Positions 54,796 through 64,000 of a DNA stretch of 64,000 nt are shown in pieces. The notes below the pieces were generated by a model, which worked only from the letters and a program-made list of their open reading frames with translations, searched no databases and had not been told where the DNA came from. Position 1 is the stretch's first letter. Each line of letters starts with the position of its first letter. Source of the stretch: Octopus sinensis (Eukaryota). The stretch is from contig NW_021835972.1 in the NCBI RefSeq assembly GCF_006345805.1, positions 1-64,000 on the forward strand, written 5' to 3'. A program made the position numbers and the translations under genes.

Positions 54796-55127
54796 GAGTG
54801 AGAGAGCAGTTTATGCCATCAAAGTGACACTGGGGTAAAATATACGAAGCCCAATATACCCATCATGACTACCCGTCTGGTGATAAGGGTACACCAGGCA
54901 CATGCATCACAACCATATGTGTGCGACATGGTGATCTCATAACAAGATAAACAGCGCATGACCTTGCGGGTGGGGCCCAGTTAGAATTTTCTTCTGGCCA
55001 GGTAACACATCCCACTCAAAAGGTCCCTGATTAAGGGTTGGTTAAGGATGTTGAATGAAACACCCATGTTTCCAGAGGTGAATTATTCAAACCCCAAAGA
55101 ATCCCTCTCAACACATGGCTATGATGC

Positions 55128-55128
<1 letters not shown>
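54301..55128. mobile_element. Two tandem copies of a ~460-bp repeat embedded in (TTA)n
   Basis: 54301-54758 and 54796-55128; fragment at 19552-19706; (TTA)n at each boundary. Confidence 0.75.
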
Positions 55129-55159
<31 letters not shown>

Positions 55160-55161
<2 letters not shown>

Positions 55162-55440
55162 TCAGTACTCTTCTTTTTACCCCCATGCTTTCACTGCACT
55201 ACCGAGTGCAGCTCCATATGCCACGGGTATGTCCTGTGGTTTGTCGTGGTGCTCTTATTTTCGCTGTATTGAAAGTGTTTTACGTAGGATGTGTGCAGTG
55301 CCTAGTAGTGCTATTTTCTATATGTTATATACATTCGTAAACCCTGATGTTTCGGTTATGTGTTTGTCTGAATGTTTTTTAATCACGCCCAATGAACTTA
55401 CCATTATAGGGATTGTTTCTGTTTTTCGGCTCCACATTCT
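55160..55440 (-). mobile_element. R4/Dong-like non-LTR retrotransposon 3' end
   Basis: RMWSRKTETIPIMVSSLG..I*KIALLGTAHILRKTLS, abutting (TAA)n, the known Dong target. Confidence 0.75.
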
Positions 55441-55519
55441 TTTTCTTCTTTCAATTTTGTGTCCGTTTCTTGCAGAATGTCCCCCCCGGCACATTGGTCT
55501 TGTTGTCGTTATTATTATA

Positions 55520-56172
55520 CTCTTTTACTCTTTTACTTGTTTCAGTCACGTGACTGTGGCCATGCTGGAGCACCGCCTTTTAGTCGAGCAAATCGACCCC
55601 AGGACTTATTCTTTTGTAAGCCCAGTACTTATTTCTATCGGTCTCTTTTGCTGAACCGCTAAGTTACGGGGACGTAAACACACCAGCATCGATTGTCAAG
55701 CGATGTTGGGGGGACAAACACAGACACACAAACATATACACACACATACATATATATATATATTATTATTATATTTGCTTTCAAAATGTGACCTCGTGTG
55801 TACCGTTGGTGATTTTTTTTCCTCTGTCTTCCCTTCTCTGGATCTTTCCTTCTCCTATGTTTCCGACAAAGAGCTCCGCTCGAAACGTTAAACCCTCCTT
55901 CTTTCCTGAGCGTCCAATAATACTATATTTGTTCCATGTCCTCGCGTTGTTGTTTTTTTTTGTGCTTTCTTGTTTGGATTAACTATATATATATATATAT
56001 ATATATACGACGGGCTTCTTTCAGTTTCCGTCTAGCAAATCCACTCACAAGGCTTTTGGTCGGCCCGAGGCTATAGTAGAAGACACTCGCCCAAGGTGCC
56101 ACATAGTGGGACTGAACCTGGAACCATGTGGTTCTTAAGCAAGCTACTTACCACACAGCCACTCCTACGCCT
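55520..56172 (-). mobile_element. SINE family B with a ~220-bp insertion (55763-55984) in its (TA)n tract
   Basis: Tail 55520-55760, head 56008-56172. Confidence 0.85.
55859..55893 (+). ncRNA. Minimal hammerhead fold with altered core
   Basis: gttt CCGACAA a gagc tcc gctc GAAAC GTT aaac; stems intact, CUGANGA changed at 2 positions. Confidence 0.6.
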
Positions 56173-56234
56173 ATATCATTATGATGGTTATCATCATTAT
56201 TGTTATGATTATTATTATTAATTTTTGTGGTATC

Positions 56235-56268
<34 letters not shown>

Positions 56269-56557
56269 GTATTGTTGGTTTTTTTTTGTTTCTTCTTGGC
56301 ATACATCAGGATCTAAGTTCCTCGCCAGCCTTCCTTCATTCTACCCCCTCCCTACCCCGCCCCCCCCCAAACTCCACCGAATCAACAGGAAGTTTCCGGG
56401 ACCGGGCTTTCTCCGAGCACTGACCTCATCTAATTCACCTGTTGGCTGCTTCCGTCATACAATCTCCAAAGTTGAAAAACACCATTGTTACTCGCAACCA
56501 TGTTTTCATCTTCCAATATCCTGGCAACTAATCTGCGAGGCTTCCTTCTTCATATCA

Positions 56558-56661
56558 ATGATGATGATGATGATGATGATGATGTGGTTGAAGGTGGTGG
56601 TGATGATGATAATGATGATGATGATGAAGGCGATGATGATGATGATGATGATGATGAAGGC

Positions 56662-56694
<33 letters not shown>

Positions 56695-57800
56695 GGTGAT
56701 GATGATGATGATGATGATGAAGGCGATAATGATGATGATGATGATGATGGCGATAATGATGATGATAATGATGATGATGATGAAGGCGATGATGAAGGTG
56801 ATGATGATGATGTTGTTGGTGGTGATGGAGGTGGAAGTAGTGGTTGTTGATTGGTAGTGGTGGAGGAGGTAGTTGTGGTGGTGGTGGTGGTAATAGTAGA
56901 GTTGGGCGTGGTGGTGCTTGTAGTAGTGACTGTTCTAGTTGTTGTTGTGGTGGTGGTGGTGGCAACAGTGGTAATTGTGCAGGAGGCAGTTGTGGTGGTA
57001 GTAATAGTTGTAGTTGTGATAGTGCGGTAGTTGTTGTGGTAGTTTTTGTGATAGTTGTGGTGGTAGTAGCCACAGTGGTAGTTGTACAGGAGGTGGTTGT
57101 TGTTGTGGGGGTAGCAATAGTGGTAGTTGTGTGGGTGATAGTTGTGATAGTGTGGTAGTTGTGGTGGTAGTGGCCACAGTAGTAGTTGTACGGGAGGTAG
57201 TTGTTGTGGGGGTAGCAATAGTGGTAGTTGTGTGGGTGATAGTTGTGATAGTGTAGTAGTTGTGGTGGTAGTGGCCACAGTAGTAGTTGTACAGGAGGTA
57301 GTTGTTGTGGGGGTAGCAATAGTGGTAGTTGTGTGGGTGATAGTTGTGATAGTGTGGTAGTTGTGGTGGTAGTGGCCACAATGGTAGTTGCACAGGAGGT
57401 GGTAGTGGCCACAGTGGTAGTTGCACAGGAGGTGGTAGTTGTGTGGGAGGTAGTTGTTGTGGTGATTGCTATAGTGGTGGTGTGGTGATGTTTGTGGTTG
57501 TTAGTGTTATTTGTTATGAGGCAGATGGTTGTTGTGGTGGTTGTTGTGTAGTGGTTGTTGTGTAGTGGTGAGTGTTCTGGTTGTAGTTGGTGCTGGCTGT
57601 GTTGTTTGTAATGGTGAAGGCAGATGGTGGTGGTTACAGTGGTAGTAGCTACTGTGGTAGTTATTTTGTGGTAGTGATGGTGCTTATGGCAACGGAAGTG
57701 GCTTTTGTGGTGCTTGTTGTGGTAGTGATAGTGGTGGTGATTGTTGTGTTGGTATTGGTTGTGGTGGTGGTAGTTGTGGTGCTGCTGATGGTGATTGTGG
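56558..57800. repeat. (GAT)n tract followed by GGT/AGT-rich ~100-bp units
   Basis: Direct; source of the poly-D/M/T ORFs. Confidence 0.9.
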
Positions 57801-58359
57801 CAGCAGCTGTTATTGTCTTGGTATCAGTAGATGTTTTGCTTCAGGTCAGTTCTGATTGAATAGATCTATGATGAAAAGCATTCCCGTCACGACCATCACC
57901 TCTTTTTGTGATGACAACAGAGTACATTTGAAAGAATTCGGCTGCCATTTCTAGCACTGAGCGATCCTGTAGAGTTGCTCCACTGTAGCACCCCACCCTT
58001 ATTGGCGGTGGAAGAGGTGACAACAGTAGTAGTAGGTGTGGTGGTGGTCATGGTGGTGGTGGGGTTATTACTTGACCCCTATTGTTGCTTCTGTGTATAT
58101 CCTTCAAATATTTCTTTGTTTTGATGGTTTATGTTTTGAATTTTCACCTTCGTCATCTCTCCCCGCCTCCCCCCCCACTTCATCGCTTCTCCTTTGCCCA
58201 GCTGCCCCTCCCTGCTCTCTCTCTCTCTCTCCCTCCCTCCACTGATCCTTCCCCCCCATCGTCTCTGCATTTCGGTACATTGATTCTTCCTTCTCTATTA
58301 ACCTGTCTTACCTTGTCTGGAAACTAATATCCGATTGCACATACCTGCACTTATAAGCA

Positions 58360-58770
58360 TACACACACACACACACAGAGTCTAAGAAACATATAGACTT
58401 AGAAACCCAAATACATGCTTACTTGGACAGAATCACACACACACACACACACACCTTCGCTCCTCTGATCACTAACAAATACACACACATGCACAAACAA
58501 ACACACTCAAATACATGCTTACATAGACACACACACACACACACACGTAAATAAATATAGAGATGCAGACATTCAAATAAATGCTTACTTGAACACACAG
58601 ATACACACACACACACACACACATTCACTAATACAAACACACACACACAGAGTCTAACAAACATACAGACTTAGACACTCAAATACATGCTTACTTAGAA
58701 TCACACACACACACACACACATACATACACACACATTCGCTCTCTGATCACTACCAAATACACACACACA

Positions 58771-58804
<34 letters not shown>

Positions 58805-59190
58805 TTCACTCTCTGATCACTACCGAATACACACACACACACCACACACACACACACATACACACACATTTGCTCCCTGATCACTACCAAATACACACAC
58901 ACACCACACACACACATATGCACACACACATACGCATACACACATTCGCTCTCTGATCACTACCAAATACACACACATACACAAACACACATACACACAC
59001 ATTTGCTCCCTGATCACTACCAAATACACACACACACACATATGCACACACACATACGCATACACACATTCGCTCTCTGATCACTACCAAATACACACAC
59101 ACACACAAACACACACACACTCAAATACATGCTTCCTTAGACATATAGACACACGTACATACACACGTGCACACACACACACACACACAC
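58360..59190. repeat. CA-based minisatellite
   Basis: Recurrent ct.tgatcactaccaaatacacac and caaatacatgctt. Confidence 0.85.
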
Positions 59191-59709
59191 ACAGAAAGTA
59201 CAAACCTACACTAGCATAAGCACACACACACACAAACATACATTCTCTTACAACTACACATATTTGCATATACCTTCTCCACCCCCACCCCCCTCTCTCT
59301 CTCTCCATCGTCATTTGTATTCTCTTTTTCCAATCTTTGCAACGATCTCCGCTTCCTGTCCCCTTCCCCTCTCCATCGCCCCCTAACCTTCCCCCCACTG
59401 GTAATGGTGATGTTGCTGATGATGATAATGATAGCCATCAGTGTCATCATCACCGTCATCATCACAATTATCATCATCATCATCATCTGGTTCTATTTTC
59501 CCAGTATACTTCAAGGTGGATGATCTGTCTGTCTGTCTGTCTGTTTGTCTTCCCCCTCCCCCCTCCTTCCTTACAGTTCTCTAAATAACCCGAAACCATT
59601 TGGCCATAGTGATATTTCTGGATTATGTATTATGCATTGCTTTCCCAAATATACCTACATGCATACATACCTATATGCACACTCACACACAAAGACATCT
59701 ATCTGTCTG

Positions 59710-59741
<32 letters not shown>

Positions 59742-60060
59742 CTATCTATCTGTCTGTCTATCTATGTACTTACGTATGTACGTACGTACATACGTACCTA
59801 CCTACGTACGTACCTATGTACCTACCTACCTATCTATTTATATACATACATGAATACATACATGTATATATATATAGTACATGCACAATCATATATACAT
59901 ACACACATATACGTACATGTATACATACAAATATGTATTTATATAGACACACACACTTATATGTATATAATACATGCATACATATAAACACATATACATA
60001 CACGTGTGTGTGTATATATATATAATATATATATATATACGCACATATGTATATATGCAC

Positions 60061-60114
<54 letters not shown>

Positions 60115-60145
60115 TATATATGTATTATATATATATATATGCATT

Positions 60146-60196
<51 letters not shown>

Positions 60197-61160
60197 TATG
60201 CATATATATATATATATATCATTCATACATACATATATATATATTTATACACATGTGCGTATATATGTGACTATAATTGTGCGTTTGTCTTTTGTTTTTT
60301 AGCTTTAGAAATTTCCATTGAAATATCCGATATTCTTCCTTTTCAGTTCTTTGGGAATATGGGTTGTGGATATTCCTGGCACTATTGTTACTGATGTTCA
60401 TGGCCCTTTTTTTTTGTTTTTGTTTGTTTGTTTGTTTTGGTGCTGTTGTTTGCTGCTTAAATTGTTTATTTTTTTTTGTTTGTGTTCTTGTGGAAAACCG
60501 ATTTCTTTTTCCTTCATCAGTTTCTCTATTTTTTTCTTTTTTTTTTTTTTTTTTTACTTCTCCTCTTCCAGCCGTGTGTATGTGCTTGAGTGCATGAAGG
60601 TGTGTGTATGTATGTGTGTATGTTTGTGTGTGTTTGTGTGTGTTTGTGTGTGTTTGTGTTCTATTTTCCTTCTTCAAGTGGCATATATTAATAATTCAAT
60701 ATTTTAGGCCAATGCTTCTATATTGGATTAATTTTTAATGAAGTGAAATAGTTCTTCACATGAATTTGATTTTCATTCCATATTTAGAAGAACCCCCTTC
60801 CGTTTCTCCATCTCCTCCAGCTCTTGACTCCCTCCTTCTTATTATTTAAAAAAAAAAAAAAAATTTGTTTCCATCCACTCATCTATTTATCTCAAGGCCT
60901 GTCTATCTGTCTGGCTGCCTGACTGTTTCTCTGCCTGTCTGTTTGGTTGTCTGTCTGTACATAAAAATAGATATTTAAAAAAAGAAGAAAAAAAACAACA
61001 AAAAAAGTCCATCCTAAAAATAAAGGAAAACAAGGTTAAACTACACTTTACTTCTTCCGCATTCAGCTATAACATCGGAAATAAAGGTGCTCGAATTATA
61101 TTCAATTTGATCTAATTTCTAAATTGGTTACTCTGGCTTCGAGGAATAATAATAATGATG

Positions 61161-61191
<31 letters not shown>

Positions 61192-61568
61192 TAATAATGA
61201 TAATCCTTTCTACTATAGGCACAAGGCCTGAAATTTGAGGGGAAGGGACTAGTCAATTACATCAACCCCAGTGTTTCCCTGGTACTTATTTTACTGACCC
61301 CAAAAGGATGAAAGGCAAAGTCGAACCCGGTGGCATTTGAACTCAGAACACGATGACAGATGAAATGCCTATTTCTATAATTTAGACCTTTTCTGCTCAA
61401 TCATTACAGCACTTGAGCTTTTGGCTTAGAAAATTTCCAGCAAGATTTTAAAAGTTAACTACAACAAAAGCAACAACAACCAATAATAATATAAAGATTA
61501 GTTGTGAATTCAGCCAAGATCTGAAAATGCGGATAGAACATGATATCTGTGTGACAAATCAACCAAGT

Positions 61569-62011
61569 TTAACCCTTTTGTTACTAACCCAGCCAAAACC
61601 GGCTCTGGTTCTGTGGTAAAATGTCTTGTTTTCATAAGTTTTGAATTAAAATCTTCCACCAAGCCTTAGTCACAATTTATGTTCCTAACACTAAACTAAG
61701 TTATTTTGCTAATTTCTTTGTTATATTTAACCCTTTAGTGTTCAGAATACTCTGTTAAATGTAATACTTTTTCACTCAAATTGTTTTGAATTAATCATGC
61801 ATTATCTTATAGCTTTGAGGTTTCAATGATGTGATTGTTTATTTTCAGAATGGCATTGTAGGTTAGGAGTGAGAGGCTAGATATCGCCAGTTTGAATATA
61901 AAACATGTAGAATATATTGGGCCGGATTTGGCCAGTTTAAACTCTAAAGGGTTAAAATAATTGAAAGAAACACAGAGCATCTCAAAATAAATACAGTAAC
62001 GAAAGGGTTAA
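61569..62011. mobile_element. Nested piggyBac-like MITEs
   Basis: Outer ttaacccttttgttac..gtaacgaaagggttaa; inner ttaaccctttag..ctaaagggttaa (61728-61955). Confidence 0.8.
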
Positions 62012-62200
62012 TCCTGTAGCATTTAAACCAGTCATATTCAGCCCAAATGTTTTGTACCTGTTTTCTGTTCAAACTGACCAGATCCTGCCTTTCACACCTA
62101 CTTTGCAATGTCATTCTAAAAATAAGCAATCCCATCATTGACATCTTAAAGCCATGAGATAATGCATGGGTAATTAAAAACAATTAATTAAAAACAATTA

Positions 62201-62432
62201 AGGCGGCGAGCTGGCAGAACCGTTAGCACACCGGGCGAAATGCGTAGTCGTATTTCGTCTGCCGTTACGTTCTGAGTTCAAATTCTGCCGAGGTCGACTT
62301 TGCCTTTTATCCCTTCGGGGTCGATAAATTAAGTACCAGTTACGCACTGGGGTCGGTATAATCGACTTAATCCGTTTGTCTGTCCTTGTTTGTCCCCTCT
62401 GTGTTTAGCCCCTTGTGGGTAGTAAAGAAATA
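62201..62432 (+). mobile_element. SINE family A
   Basis: Full length; ggtaattaaaaa.aat on both flanks. Confidence 0.9.
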
Positions 62433-62451
62433 GGTAATTAAAAATAATATG

Positions 62452-62802
62452 AACAAGAGCACTCAGAGAGTCCAAACCTCCACCAAGGCAACACCAACGT
62501 CCTCTCAACGATTAACCGGAGATGATTTTTAAAATGAGAATATCTGAAATAAACTCTTCTGTTCTCGCAAATGAGAATACTAAAAATGAACCTGACCACT
62601 TGCAAAAATTTTAAAAAACAAGAAAAATATTTCAGTCCGGTACCGGATCAATCCCAAAATCTAATCAGTTTGTGCCAGTCACGAGACCAAACATCCCTGA
62701 AAGTTTCATCCAAATCCATCCGGCGGTTCTTGAGATATCTTGTCCATGGACAAACAAACATGACTGAAAACAATATCTCCACCTTCGCTAAGGTGGAGGA
62801 AA
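62452..62802 (+). mobile_element. Helentron-associated non-autonomous element (HINE-like)
   Basis: 5' acaagagcactcagagag..cctccaccaagg; 3' hairpin ctccacctt-cgct-aaggtggag; aaagtttcatccaaatcc body. Confidence 0.7.
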
Positions 62803-63183
62803 TAAATAAGCATTGCATTTCACAGAGAGATCTGAAAACTAAAGCATTGAGAAGAGGAAAATTAACTAAGACTGAAGACATTTAATTGACACTGAAATCA
62901 GAGAATTGAACCAGAGTGTCGTCCATCCTCAAGCAGGCAGCTTAGAGTTGATGAAATTAGAAAGATACAATACACAAGAAAGGAGAAAATTAAATTAGAT
63001 TAAAGATAAAAATGGTGCTACAAGAGAGTTGAACAAATATTACCTTGCTTGGGAGCAGGTGGAATCTAGTGACAGGTGACAGGAAGGACATTTGGGCTGA
63101 GAAAATCTGCCTTGATGAGTTGCTTTTTATTCATGCAAGCGCAGCAAAGTGGATATTAAAATAGTGTCGTTGATGATTAAGAA

Positions 63184-63214
<31 letters not shown>

Positions 63215-63469
63215 ACTGACTAGAAATTCTCTCTCTCTCTTGAGTATCTAGTGTGTGTGTGTAATGTCTTTCCTTTGCACCCTCCCTCTCTCTCCCTCTT
63301 TGATGATATATCTCACCCTCTGTCTATCCGTGTGTGTTAACATCTGGTACTGTTTGTATGTATGTGTAAGTTCTCTCTTTTCATCTCTCCCTCCATCCAT
63401 CTGTTTGTCTCTCCACTCTCTTTCTGTCTCTGTATATTTCTGCTTGTGCATGTGTGTGAGTATGTTTAC

Positions 63470-63696
63470 CTCCACTGCCAAAAAGGGGTTAAACACAGAG
63501 GGTACAAACAAGGACAGACAAACGGATTAAGTCGATTATATCGACCCCAGTGTGTACTGGTACTTAATTTATCGACCTCGAAAGAATGAAAGGCAAAGTC
63601 GACCTCGGCAGAATTTGAACCCAGAATGTAACGGCAGACGAAATACGGCTACGCATTTCGCCCGGCGTGCTAACGTTTCTTCCAGCTCGCCGCCTT
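63470..63696 (-). mobile_element. SINE family A
   Basis: Matches the family A sequence. Confidence 0.88.
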
Positions 63697-63732
63697 AAAG
63701 TACTGTCAACCAGAACAAGCTGAATGTTCAGT

Positions 63733-63910
63733 CAGCCATGGCAATTCATCAGCGCCGAAACAGCTATGGCAAATCATCAGTGCCGAAACAGCCATGGCAA
63801 ATCATCAGCGCCAAAACAGCCATGGCAAATCATCAACGTCGAAACAGCCATGGCAAATCATCAGCGCCGAAACAGCCATGGCAAATCATCAGCGCCGAAA
63901 CAGCTATGCC
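63733..63910. repeat. 28-bp tandem repeat, about 6 copies
   Basis: Unit cagccatggcaaatcatcagcgccgaaa. Confidence 0.92.
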
Positions 63911-64000
63911 CAATCATCTCATCCTGGAAATGGATGCACAAGATAAATAGTTGCACAAGATAAATGTCTTAGTCACAAATAAATAATTACAAGAAAAAAA

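Noticed and set aside
56225-57426. Poly-Asp/Met/Thr mucin-like ORFs
   Set aside because: Open in several frames on both strands; simple repeat
63733-63910. Hammerhead array
   Set aside because: CTGATGA and GAAAC lie on opposite strands

Overview
Eukaryotic, AT-rich, very repeat-dense DNA. The SINE families and microsatellite load look like an Octopus (coleoid cephalopod) genome; that is inference, not a database result. Almost all ORFs in the supplied track are microsatellite artefacts. The only supported host coding sequence is a 73-bp exon (19397-19469, +) encoding kinase subdomain XI (TKL/TAK1-like), so the window is probably mostly large introns. It contains several tRNA-derived SINE families (labelled A-E here), a SINE tandem array, Tc1/mariner (DD37D maT, Tc1), hAT, piggyBac-like and Helentron-type remnants, and RTE, CR1-like and R4/Dong LINE fragments. 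The most striking signal is a Penelope-like element (PLE) system: two PLE ORF remnants, at least six unrelated minimal hammerhead-ribozyme motifs (intact, decayed or partial), often in inverted or palindromic insertions, and a tRNA-headed (Pol III) SINE whose tail is a Penelope-type hammerhead. All alignments and coordinates were read by eye, so repeat edges are approximate.
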